A program made the position numbers and the translations under genes. The notes under the pieces were generated by a model that saw only the letters and a program-made list of their open reading frames with translations, ran no database searches and was not told the DNA's origin. DNA of 32,000 nucleotides from Ruminococcus albus 7 = DSM 20455 (GTDB taxonomy: Bacteria > Bacillota > Clostridia > Oscillospirales > Ruminococcaceae): positions 60,001 through 92,000 of the forward strand of contig NC_014825.1 of the NCBI RefSeq assembly GCF_000179635.2, read 5' to 3'. Shown piece after piece: positions 1 through 7,775 of this stretch. Position 1 is the first letter of the stretch; every line of letters starts with the position of its first letter.

Positions 1-196
1 ATATCTCACCATGCCACAGATGCTCGAATGCCAGCAGACCCGAACCGCCCCACAGCATCTTGTTCAGTCGGCTAAGATGCTCCGAGAAACTGATCTTACT
101 GTTATCCGTAACTTTGTTGTTTTCACTTTTTTTCAATATCTTCTGCGCCACAGTTGTAACTATTGCCTCTGTGACAGGCACTAAAAAGCAAGCCAT
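1..196 (-). CDS. Hypothetical small protein, truncated by the window edge. The N-terminal 65 aa are visible: MACFLVPVTEAIVTTVAQKILKKSENNKVTDNSKISFSEHLSRLNKMLWGGSGLLAFEHLWHGEI.
   Basis: Hand translation of the minus strand from ATG (196-194) stays open to position 1. AGGAGG lies about 8 nt upstream and overlaps the cooS stop (TAA, 212-210), which suggests co-transcription with cooS. It is absent from the ORF track because it is edge-truncated. No family recognised. Confidence 0.5.
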   Translation of the reverse strand, partial: MACFLVPVTEAIVTTVAQKILKKSENNKVTDNSKISFSEHLSRLNKMLWGGSGLLAFEHLWHGEI

Positions 197-209
197 TTTT
201 TATTCCTCC

Positions 210-2339
210 TTATTTATCCCAGCCAAGTGCTTTTCTCTTGGCTTTCATATCAGCAACTATCTTTTCGCCCAGCTTAACAGGGTCTGTATCAACGTTCATT
301 GAAGAACCGAGCGTTTCCAGCGTACCGTATTTTAAAAATTCGATAACGTTCTTAGAACCGTATATCTGCGCTTCAACACAGTGATATGAGCTTATGCCGT
401 TGAGCCTGAAACCGAGTGCCGCATCAATGCCCTTTTCGTTGCCCCATTCAGGCGATGAAAAAGCAAAGGGCATTTCATACATCTTATGTCCCAATGCACC
501 TGCGATACCCGCAAATATCCCCGATGAACGTGTATTATCGATACATTCGCCAACGTGCCATACAGGCGGAAGATCAGGTTCCAGGAACTTCCTCAGACTT
601 TCACCTGCCTTATCCTTACCAGATACTGCACAGTATCCCAGTTTCATCAGCGGGAAGGATGCACAGCCGTTTGAAAGGATCAGCACATTATTTTTAAGCA
701 GAACGTCAGCTACGTCAACTATACATTTCTCATAAAGCACCTTGGGATTGTTGCAGCCAACCATATTGACAACGCCCAGTATCCTGCCATCCTTTATAGC
801 CTCTGCGATAGGACCGAAACCACCGAATCTTCTGCAAAGGTACTCCACCGAGAATCCGACCTCTGCCTCGACCTCGTATGGCGGTATGTAAACGGGTATA
901 CCCTTTCTCGCCTCAAAGCTCTCAATGGCGCGGCGGACTATCTTCTCTGCCAGTGCCTTTGTTTCGTCTATATTTGAATGGTGATGATCATATTCATACC
1001 TTTCAGCCCCGGGTAGTCTTGCAGACTCCGATGTTGTAACTACTACCGTCTTGAAGCAGTGAGCTACTTCCATTATTGATGGGAAAACATCCTGTACATC
1101 AGCTACCCAGAGGTCAAGTGCACCCGTACCCAGTACCAGCTCAGCTGATACAGCATTCGATAAGGGTACCACACCTGCATAACGGTACATCGCAGAAAGA
1201 CCCGAACAGCATATACCGTAAAAACGTATGCCCTTTGCGCCCTTTGACTTTGCAAGCTCTATCAGGTCATCACGCTTGCCTGCTTCAACTATCTGGCTTA
1301 CCAGCAGCGGAAGATGACCGTGTACCGCAATATTAACATAGCCCTTTTCCAGAGCACCTATATTCACCTTCGATGTAACTCTGTCGCCCACACCGAAAAG
1401 GCTGTCCGTCGCTATAGAAGCACCAACAACTCCGGAGAATGTAAAAGCAAGACCGCATCTTAAAAACTGCTGCATCACCGAACGCCAGTCGCCGTCTGTT
1501 GCACAACCCGATTTATGATAAGCCTCAAAAACCTCATGATATGCGCTTATGGGAAGTATGTCCAGATCCTTCCATACCTCCTGTCTTTCAGGTGCGGCAC
1601 AGGCTGAAATAGTCTTGTACTCATCGGGCACAGTTCTTGAAAGATCTTCAAGCAGTGCATCCGCAAGATCTCTAGCAACATTTTTAAGCTGACGGTTCTT
1701 CTGCTTGATACCGAAAGCTTCCGCAGTTGAGCGTATCTTCTGCTCACCGAGTATGGGAACATCAAGCTTTCCCTCAGCCGCCCATTTCAGTGCAAGCATT
1801 ACCTCTCTGGCGTGCATACCGTGCTGAGCAGCGCCTGCCGCCGCAGAACGCAGCAAGTTTCTCGCAACGATAAGATCGGCATCCGCACCACAGACACCCT
1901 TAGGTGCTTTAGCAGTGATCCTGCAGGGACCCATATTACATATCTTGCAGCATATACCAGCAAGCCCGAAATTACACTGAGGCTTCTGTTTATCAAAACG
2001 ATCAAAGGCAGTATCTATGCCAAGCTGTTCCATACGCAGCAGCATCTCACGTACTGCAGGATCGGGAGTCTGCTCGATAACGTCCTGCTTGCTTGGAAAA
2101 GTCTTTCTGTACTCCGACACAGCATTCATATAGTCCTTAATGAATGCCTGCGGATCATCATGCTCACCCTCTCCATGACTCGCTTTCAGTATGACCGTTG
2201 GTATACCATGCTCATCAAAGCCTATTATATTTCGGTGTGAATGGATATGTGCAGGGGCATCATCGTGAGAATGATGCTCATGCGAATGAACGTGTTCATG
2301 TGTATGTTCATGACAATGTCCGTGTTCTTTTTTACTCAA
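210..2339 (-). CDS. cooS: Anaerobic carbon-monoxide dehydrogenase catalytic subunit (Ni-CODH, CooS family) with a His-rich N-terminal extension.
   Basis: Carries the CooS hallmark Cys motif KPQCNFGLAGICCKICNMGPCRI, plus GICCSG, MVGCNNP and HVGECIDN motifs typical of cluster-C ligand regions. The track ORF extends to 2369, but that ATG abuts the -10 box. I prefer TTG at 2339-2337, which lies 9 nt after AGGGAG and gives MSKKEHGHCHEH. ATG at 2348 is an alternative start. Confidence 0.9.
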   Translation of the reverse strand: MSKKEHGHCHEHTHEHVHSHEHHSHDDAPAHIHSHRNIIGFDEHGIPTVILKASHGEGEHDDPQAFIKDYMNAVSEYRKTFPSKQDVIEQTPDPAVREMLLRMEQLGIDTAFDRFDKQKPQCNFGLAGICCKICNMGPCRITAKAPKGVCGADADLIVARNLLRSAAAGAAQHGMHAREVMLALKWAAEGKLDVPILGEQKIRSTAEAFGIKQKNRQLKNVARDLADALLEDLSRTVPDEYKTISACAAPERQEVWKDLDILPISAYHEVFEAYHKSGCATDGDWRSVMQQFLRCGLAFTFSGVVGASIATDSLFGVGDRVTSKVNIGALEKGYVNIAVHGHLPLLVSQIVEAGKRDDLIELAKSKGAKGIRFYGICCSGLSAMYRYAGVVPLSNAVSAELVLGTGALDLWVADVQDVFPSIMEVAHCFKTVVVTTSESARLPGAERYEYDHHHSNIDETKALAEKIVRRAIESFEARKGIPVYIPPYEVEAEVGFSVEYLCRRFGGFGPIAEAIKDGRILGVVNMVGCNNPKVLYEKCIVDVADVLLKNNVLILSNGCASFPLMKLGYCAVSGKDKAGESLRKFLEPDLPPVWHVGECIDNTRSSGIFAGIAGALGHKMYEMPFAFSSPEWGNEKGIDAALGFRLNGISSYHCVEAQIYGSKNVIEFLKYGTLETLGSSMNVDTDPVKLGEKIVADMKAKRKALGWDK

Positions 2340-2359
2340 TACTATCATCTCCCTGATAT

Positions 2360-2395
2360 CATATATCATATTATACCACTATGATATGATATATG
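2360..2395 (-). promoter_or_regulatory. Candidate operator: a perfect 11-bp inverted repeat, CATATATCATA-N14-TATGATATATG, bracketing the cooS -10 box and start region.
   Basis: The arms at 2360-2370 and 2385-2395 are exact reverse complements. The 14-bp spacer contains most of the -10 hexamer. Confidence 0.35.
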
Positions 2396-2399
2396 TCAA
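2370..2399 (-). promoter_or_regulatory. Sigma-A-type promoter of cooS (TTGACA-18-TGgTATAAT).
   Basis: Minus strand reads gtcTTGACAtatatcatatcatagtggTATAATatg. The -35 is at 2399-2394 and the -10 at 2375-2370, with an extended -10 TG. Confidence 0.55.
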
Positions 2400-2419
2400 G
2401 ACTAATTTTCTAATTTCCT

Positions 2420-2462
2420 GCTTAAATTATCAGACCGCAGCTCATATCCTAAAACTGCGGTC
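2420..2462 (-). terminator. Weak terminator-like hairpin downstream of the ABC ATPase gene.
   Basis: An 8-bp stem GACCGCAG/CTGCGGTC (2433-2440 / 2455-2462) with a 14-nt loop. The trailing U-tract is poor (TGATAATTT). Confidence 0.3.
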
Positions 2463-2471
2463 AACAATCTA

Positions 2472-3242
2472 TCATATATAATACTCGATATACGAATCTG
2501 CTTTAAGGTTGAAAAGCTCAAATATCTTATCACGAACATAAAGGAAATCCTTGCCCGTCCTGTCCCTGTGATCTCCGAGAGGAACTTTAACCACACTCTT
2601 GATACGTCCCGGGTCAGCCATCATAACAACTATCCTGTCCGCCAGGAACACTGCTTCCTCGATATCGTGGGTGACAAAGATAGTAGTCTTCTTCTCCTTG
2701 CGCGAAATCCCCAGGATGTCCTCCTGCAGTTTCATTCTTGTTATGGCATCAAGTGCACCGAAAGGTTCATCCATGAATATTATATCGGGATCCACTGCCA
2801 GTCCTCTCGCGATGGCAACTCTCTGCTGCTGACCACCCGAAAGCTGTTTTGGGTAACGCTTCTCATATCCGTCAAGTCCCACAAGCTCCAGAAATTTTTT
2901 TGCTGTCGCCTTTCGTTCTTCTTTTGAAAGCTTTTTGGATTCAAGCCCAAGCTCCACATTTTTCTGAACGTTCCGCCATGGAAGAAGTCCGTAATTCTGG
3001 AATATGGTGATATTATTTATCGAAGGCTTAGTGACCTCACTGCCGTCTATCTTCACACTGCCGCTGTTCAGCTTTTCAAAACCGGCAAGTGCATTCAGAA
3101 GAGTGCTTTTTCCGCAGCCCGAAGGTCCCAGCAGACAGATAAACTCGCCCTTTTCTATATCCAGTGAAACATGGTCAAGTGCTGTGAATTCCTTGCCGTC
3201 CTGTATGTAATTCTTGCAGGCATCCTTTATCTCGATATACAT
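2472..3242 (-). CDS. ABC transporter ATP-binding protein, NitT/TauT (nitrate/sulfonate/bicarbonate-type) family.
   Basis: Walker A GPSGCGKST, signature LSGGQQQR, Walker B IIFMDEP. The start ATG overlaps the permease stop by 1 nt (TAATG). Confidence 0.93.
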   Translation of the reverse strand: MYIEIKDACKNYIQDGKEFTALDHVSLDIEKGEFICLLGPSGCGKSTLLNALAGFEKLNSGSVKIDGSEVTKPSINNITIFQNYGLLPWRNVQKNVELGLESKKLSKEERKATAKKFLELVGLDGYEKRYPKQLSGGQQQRVAIARGLAVDPDIIFMDEPFGALDAITRMKLQEDILGISRKEKKTTIFVTHDIEEAVFLADRIVVMMADPGRIKSVVKVPLGDHRDRTGKDFLYVRDKIFELFNLKADSYIEYYI

Positions 3243-4003
3243 TATTCAGCACCTCCCCACGATCTCATAACTGACTTTTCTATCACTTTGAGTATACCGT
3301 CCAGCAGTATACCGATCACTCCTATCACAAGTATAGTAGCCAGCAGTATATCCGCACGAATATTGTTCCTTGCATCTATTATCTGATAGCCAAGTCCCGA
3401 CTGCGCACCTACCATCTCGCCTGCTACAAGGAATATCCATGCTGTACCCAGTGCAAGGTGAATACCGTTTGCTATCTGCGGGAATGCCGCGGGGAATATG
3501 ATCTTCCACGTGAGCGCAGGCTGCTTTATTCCGAAGTTCTTAGATACCTTAAAGTATATCGGGTCAATATTTCCCACCGCCGATACCGTCGAAAGAAGGA
3601 CCGGAAAGAATGCCGCGATGAATATGATAACTATAGCAGGAACATCACCTATGCCAAACAGCAAAACTATAAAGGGCATCCATGCCGTCGGTGAGATAGG
3701 TCTTAAAAGCTGCAAAGCAGGGTTCACATATTGGAAAACACGAGGTATCCTTCCGAGGATAAGTCCCAGCACCACCGCCGTTGCTACAGATACGGAGTAT
3801 CCCACTGCAAAACGGTACATACTTGTTTTTATATTTTCAAAAAGTCTACCGTTTTGTATCATTTCAACCAGTGCATCAAATGCCATTTTCGGTGATGGAA
3901 AAAGTGCTTCATTATAACTGCTTACCGTAAACAGCAGCTGCCATATAAGAATAAGTATTGCTATGGATATCACAACATTTTTTAACGATATCAGTTTTTT
4001 CAT
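3242..4003 (-). CDS. ABC transporter permease, NitT/TauT family (SsuC/TauC-like).
   Basis: Multi-TM protein with a BPD-transporter-like core (PISPTAWMPFIVLLFGIGD). The ATG at 4003 is preferred over the GTG at 4012 because of its spacing from AAGG. Confidence 0.9.
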   Translation of the reverse strand: MKKLISLKNVVISIAILILIWQLLFTVSSYNEALFPSPKMAFDALVEMIQNGRLFENIKTSMYRFAVGYSVSVATAVVLGLILGRIPRVFQYVNPALQLLRPISPTAWMPFIVLLFGIGDVPAIVIIFIAAFFPVLLSTVSAVGNIDPIYFKVSKNFGIKQPALTWKIIFPAAFPQIANGIHLALGTAWIFLVAGEMVGAQSGLGYQIIDARNNIRADILLATILVIGVIGILLDGILKVIEKSVMRSWGGAE

Positions 4004-4018
4004 TAGTATCACGCCTTA

Positions 4019-4948
4019 TCAAAGATCATTTTTTACAAAATCGGAATATGCAGGAGGCTCATCGCTGAGTCCGTACTGCTTGACCCTATCCACAAGAGCA
4101 GCATACTCCTCTTCGGTTATGTCAAGATCATTGTAGGATATCCACTGAAGTGAGATATCAAGCACATCATCGCTCTGTGTGAAGTACTTCTTTGCGGTTT
4201 CCTTTGCCTTTTCCTTATCCAGAGCGTTGCCGGCTTTCTTGTAGCTTTCAACAAACTCCCTGGCATCCTCTCTGCGTTCGTCAATAAACTTATCCGTCAG
4301 CACAAGTCCGCAGCATACAGAATCCTTCCACAATGCCTCCGATGTGAACAGTACCTTGCCCACACCAAGGTCAACACCCATCGCACCGAAAGGTTCAGCA
4401 ACGCAATAGCCGTCTATCTGACCGCTTGCCAGTGCGGAAGGCATTTCTGTCGGCGCAAGTTCTGTAACATTTATATCAGCTATAGTCAGCCCTGCTGTTG
4501 CCAGCGCATCATTGAGAAGTATATTATGTGATGACTGTCTGTGGGGTATAGCAAAGGTCTTACCCTTCATATCAGCAGCAGAACCTATATCATTTGCTGC
4601 TATGATAACATTTCCGTCATGGTGTCCAAGAGCCACTGCCTTTATGCCTATGCCCTCCTGCTTGGATTTCATGGCAAGCTCGATAAGTACAGAAGCTCCG
4701 TCAACTCTGTTTGAGTTCAGTGCATCCAGCAGTTCGTTCCATGAACCGTATTTTACAAGCTCCACCTTCAAGCCTGACTCCTTTTCAAGTTCCTCAGCCT
4801 CTTCAAGCAACGCAAGAGAATGCGTTATAGGCAGATAAGCTATCTTCACTGTGTTTTTATCTGCACCGCTCTCCGATTTCTTTCCGCAGGAAGCCGATGC
4901 AAAACTCAGGCTCAACGCCAGAACTGCCGATAATATCTTCTTTTTCAT
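4019..4948 (-). CDS. ABC transporter substrate-binding lipoprotein, NMT1/SsuA-like.
   Basis: MKKKILSAVLALSLSFASASCGKK is a lipoprotein-type signal peptide. The NMT1/THI5-like body contains VKIAYLPITHSLAL. The internal ATG at 4948 has GGAAAGGA upstream. The track's 23-aa N-terminal extension to 5017 lacks an SD. Confidence 0.88.
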   Translation of the reverse strand: MKKKILSAVLALSLSFASASCGKKSESGADKNTVKIAYLPITHSLALLEEAEELEKESGLKVELVKYGSWNELLDALNSNRVDGASVLIELAMKSKQEGIGIKAVALGHHDGNVIIAANDIGSAADMKGKTFAIPHRQSSHNILLNDALATAGLTIADINVTELAPTEMPSALASGQIDGYCVAEPFGAMGVDLGVGKVLFTSEALWKDSVCCGLVLTDKFIDERREDAREFVESYKKAGNALDKEKAKETAKKYFTQSDDVLDISLQWISYNDLDITEEEYAALVDRVKQYGLSDEPPAYSDFVKNDL

Positions 4949-5049
4949 AATGATCTGTCCTTTCCATAAACGGGCATAATAGCTGAAATATATTACATAT
5001 ATAAGGCTCCGTTTCAATTTTAGTATTCATATCATTTTAGTATGATATA

Positions 5050-5078
5050 ATCATACAACATGAACAGGCATTTGTCAA
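5050..5078 (-). promoter_or_regulatory. Putative promoter of the ABC importer operon (TTGACA-17-TATGAT).
   Basis: Minus strand reads tatTGACAaatgcctgttcatgttgTATGATta. Confidence 0.4.
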
Positions 5079-5220
5079 TATAAATTCAATTTATATATCC
5101 AAAATCATTTATTTCAACATATCATTATAACTATTCAAAAAAATGTTTGTGCATATTATATATTATTCCTATATGCATAGTATGCTTAATGCAAAAATAA
5201 ACCATCATTTACATTTTCTC

Positions 5221-5271
5221 AAAAAAGAAGCCGTGACCAGCCGCATGAGATCATTATCTCTCACACGGCTG
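5221..5271 (-). terminator. Rho-independent terminator after the LRR protein gene.
   Basis: In minus-strand RNA, a 13-bp stem forms (CAGCCGUGUGAGA/UCUCAUGCGGCUG, 5238-5271). An alternative stem AGCCGUG/CACGGCU is followed by UCUUUUUU (5221-5228). Confidence 0.6.
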
Positions 5272-5306
5272 ACACAGCCCTTTAAAATTGTATCATATCA
5301 ACATTA

Positions 5307-7424
5307 TTATTTTATTTCGGAACCGCCCCATTCAACTACTGTGAAGCCGTTTCTTTCAAATGTGGGAAGCTCCTGCGGTTCGATGTCCACTGCCTCTTCA
5401 AGAGGTATATAGGTCATGAATACGCGCAGCATACTGTCGGGTGCGGGAGTTATGTTCAGCTTAGCGGAATCTGTATATTTTTCACTCTGGAATGAAATGA
5501 GATTATACTCGTTATGCTCCATTAAGGGCAGCCAGTATACGATAAACTCATTCATCTCATCTTCGCTCAGTCCCATATAGCTGAGCTTCTCTTTGAGGAA
5601 ACTCTCGGTATCACTGCCTGCTACACAGAATCCCTTGGAAAAATCATATGCTGTACGGCAGTTTACTGCGTCCCAGAACAGATATCTGTGATGACTTCCG
5701 TCAGCCTTGTTCACAAGTGATCCGTCAGGCTTAGCGACTATATCCCATCCGTTGTTGTACTTAGGATAGGTAGTGGCAAGATCAGCTTCTGTCAGCTCGA
5801 CCTCAACATGGACGTCTGTCTCCTTTTCGGGATAGAGGTAGATAACAGGCTTAGCAACAATAGAATATGGATATGAAATCTGGATCTGTCTATCGCCTGA
5901 TTCATTCACGATCTGTACCCAGCCGTAATGTCCCTTATACTTTGTAAATGCCCAGTTATTGTTATTTTTAATATCGCCGAGTTCCTGAAGGTAAGTATTT
6001 TGTGGGATAGTAGTAACTTTACCGTAGCTTGTATCGGGTCCGAAATACATAGTGATCTCATCGGCAATTACATATAGATCCGCACCATATGTGAGCTCTC
6101 TGTCAGGTTTGACATAGAAATCATTGCTACAGGTCACAGCATTTTTGATAGCGTTTTCTGTATCCCATTTACCGTTAACTCTTGCAGCGATAGCTACTTT
6201 ATAAGTATTGCCCGGTGTCAAATTCTTTGGAGAAGTGTAAACTGTATCGGTGATGTTCTGCGTCTGAACTTTCCACTTGCCTGCAAGGTATACAGCTATG
6301 CCGTACCTGTCAGCACCTTCCACTTCATCCCATTTGAACCTTACCTGGTGATATTTTTCACTGTATTCAACTTTGATGTTTGTGGGATAGGTGGGCTTTG
6401 TTTCTTCTTCGACAGGTAAGCGCTTGTAGGTGTTCTTGCCGCTGTTTTCGATTTCTGCAAAATCACCCTCACCGCTTATAACAGTTGTGGGATCATTTGC
6501 ATTTACCCAGCCTTCGCCGTTGGGAAGGTAGGCTTCTCGGGGTATGTTGGTATATTTATCACCCAGAGAAATGGTTTTTAGCTTAGAACAATCCTTGAAC
6601 ATCTTTTCAATATATTTGATATTACTTGCGTCAAAGCCGCTTAAATCGATCGATGTCAAATTTGAACAGTTTTCAAACATGGACTTAGAAGACCAAACTT
6701 TTTTTGTATCAAAACTGCTTACATCAAGTGAGGTCAAACCTGAACAACCATAAAACATCTCTCTCATATCTGTAACTTTGCTTGTATCAAAGTTCCTCAG
6801 GTCAAGCGTTGTCAGGTTGGTACAATCACTGAACATGCTTCCCATATTTGTGACGTTACTTGTAATAAAACCGCTTATATCAAGTGAGGTCAAGCTTTCA
6901 CAGTTACTGAACATATAGCTCATACTTGTAACTCTTCTTGTATAAAAACTGCTCAGGTCAAGGGAAGTCAGGTTTCTGCAGCCGTAGAATAAACCTGACA
7001 TAGATTTAACGTTGCTTGTGTTAATATTGCTAAAATCAACAGTTTTCAAGCTATCGCAGAACGCAAACATAAAAGACATATCTGTAACATTGCTGGTATC
7101 CGCATTTGAAAGATCTATGAATGTACACATATTAAAGTTATCAAACAGATCTCTGCTATTTTCAGGCAAAACTGTTCCCTTTTCAGCTATAATGGATTTT
7201 ACATTATATTTATATCTATAACTTAATCCGAGTAAAGCATTACGGTCAATTTTGCCGCTGAGAGTAAGTACACCTGTTTCTTCATCAATTGAATAACACT
7301 CTCCCTCGGCAACAGCTTCTGCCTGTGCTGTGATAGTCTGTGTGATAACAGGCGCACCATAGCTTACAACACCTGCTGTCATACATAGTGACATCACTAC
7401 TGCTAAAACTTTTTTCATCTTCAT
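5307..7424 (-). CDS. Secreted multidomain protein: signal peptide, about 7.5 BspA/DUF285-type leucine-rich repeats, an FN3-like module, an SH3b-like segment, and an uncharacterised ~180-aa C-terminal domain.
   Basis: Signal peptide MKMKKVLAVVMSLCMTAGVVSYGAPV. A 26-aa repeat follows the pattern F..C..LTSLDLS.F.TS.VT.M..MF. AGGAGG lies 8 nt before the ATG at 7424. Confidence 0.85.
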   Translation of the reverse strand: MKMKKVLAVVMSLCMTAGVVSYGAPVITQTITAQAEAVAEGECYSIDEETGVLTLSGKIDRNALLGLSYRYKYNVKSIIAEKGTVLPENSRDLFDNFNMCTFIDLSNADTSNVTDMSFMFAFCDSLKTVDFSNINTSNVKSMSGLFYGCRNLTSLDLSSFYTRRVTSMSYMFSNCESLTSLDISGFITSNVTNMGSMFSDCTNLTTLDLRNFDTSKVTDMREMFYGCSGLTSLDVSSFDTKKVWSSKSMFENCSNLTSIDLSGFDASNIKYIEKMFKDCSKLKTISLGDKYTNIPREAYLPNGEGWVNANDPTTVISGEGDFAEIENSGKNTYKRLPVEEETKPTYPTNIKVEYSEKYHQVRFKWDEVEGADRYGIAVYLAGKWKVQTQNITDTVYTSPKNLTPGNTYKVAIAARVNGKWDTENAIKNAVTCSNDFYVKPDRELTYGADLYVIADEITMYFGPDTSYGKVTTIPQNTYLQELGDIKNNNNWAFTKYKGHYGWVQIVNESGDRQIQISYPYSIVAKPVIYLYPEKETDVHVEVELTEADLATTYPKYNNGWDIVAKPDGSLVNKADGSHHRYLFWDAVNCRTAYDFSKGFCVAGSDTESFLKEKLSYMGLSEDEMNEFIVYWLPLMEHNEYNLISFQSEKYTDSAKLNITPAPDSMLRVFMTYIPLEEAVDIEPQELPTFERNGFTVVEWGGSEIK
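6132..6389 (-). repeat. FN3-like module, copy 1. It is paralogous to the xylanase C-terminal module at 22031-22303.
   Basis: YPTNIKVEYSEKYHQVRFKWDEVEGADRYGIAVYLAGKWKVQT...AARVNGKWDTENAIKNA. Hand alignment gives 60/84 identical residues with no gaps against the xylanase copy. DNA similarity is also visible (gtatcccatt.accgttaactcttgcagc). Confidence 0.8.
6555..7139 (-). repeat. Tandem coding repeats, about 7.5 units of 78 nt (26 aa), of the BspA/DUF285 LRR type.
   Basis: Residues 96-290 of the 705-aa ORF. Repeat-level DNA similarity is also visible, for example tcaagtgaggtcaa recurring near 6725 and 6885. Confidence 0.8.
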
Positions 7425-7483
7425 AAAATTGTCCTCCTGATAAATAAAGTTAGATATGATGTTATATCAATAAGTATAAAATA

Positions 7484-7512
7484 ATTATAACACGCTCCAA
7501 AGGTATTGTCAA
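7484..7512 (-). promoter_or_regulatory. Consensus sigma-A promoter of the LRR protein gene (TTGACA-17-TGtTATAAT).
   Basis: Minus strand reads atatTGACAatacctttggagcgtgtTATAATtatt. The -35 sits in a TGTCAA-N5-TTGACA inverted repeat (7507-7523). Confidence 0.65.
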
Positions 7513-7633
7513 TATTTTTGACATATTCTGTTAATCGTTCGTTGCTTATACATAATAGATAGAAATATTTTTTTATATTTTATACAAAGAATTATTCGGG
7601 TATCATCAGTCAGACTGTAAATATATGGATCGG

Positions 7634-7669
7634 GCATAAAAAATGCAGAGCCTGAGTTGCTCTGCATTT
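7634..7669 (-). terminator. Rho-independent terminator after the acidic lipoprotein gene.
   Basis: Stem AAATGCAGAGC/GCTCTGCATTT (7641-7651 / 7659-7669) followed on the minus strand by UUUUUUAU. Confidence 0.7.
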
Positions 7670-7775
7670 GGATGATATATTCAGTTTATAATTGCTAAAA
7701 AATCAGATTTACAACAAAACAAAAGTACTAATGGAACAAAATGATCCTGCTTATAATGTAATCGTTGATCGGTAA

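Noticed and set aside
2340-2369. The longest-ORF start codons given by the track for cooS (2369), the SBP (5017), rnhB (16291), the lepB paralog (18644), the xylanase (24754), clpX (10441), the permease (4012) and DUF1540 (13263).
   Set aside because: In each case an internal start has a properly spaced SD. The upstream extension either lacks an SD, overlaps the promoter or TSS, or buries a signal peptide. Coordinates were trimmed accordingly and alternatives are noted in the evidence fields.
4949-5078. Possible TPP, sulfur or other riboswitch in the leader of the NMT1-like ABC importer. ThiXYZ-type HMP importers often have a TPP riboswitch.
   Set aside because: The ~100-nt leader contains no CUGAGA / ACCUGAUCUGGAUAAUGCCAGCG-like TPP core and no other recognisable riboswitch core. 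The substrate is left unassigned.
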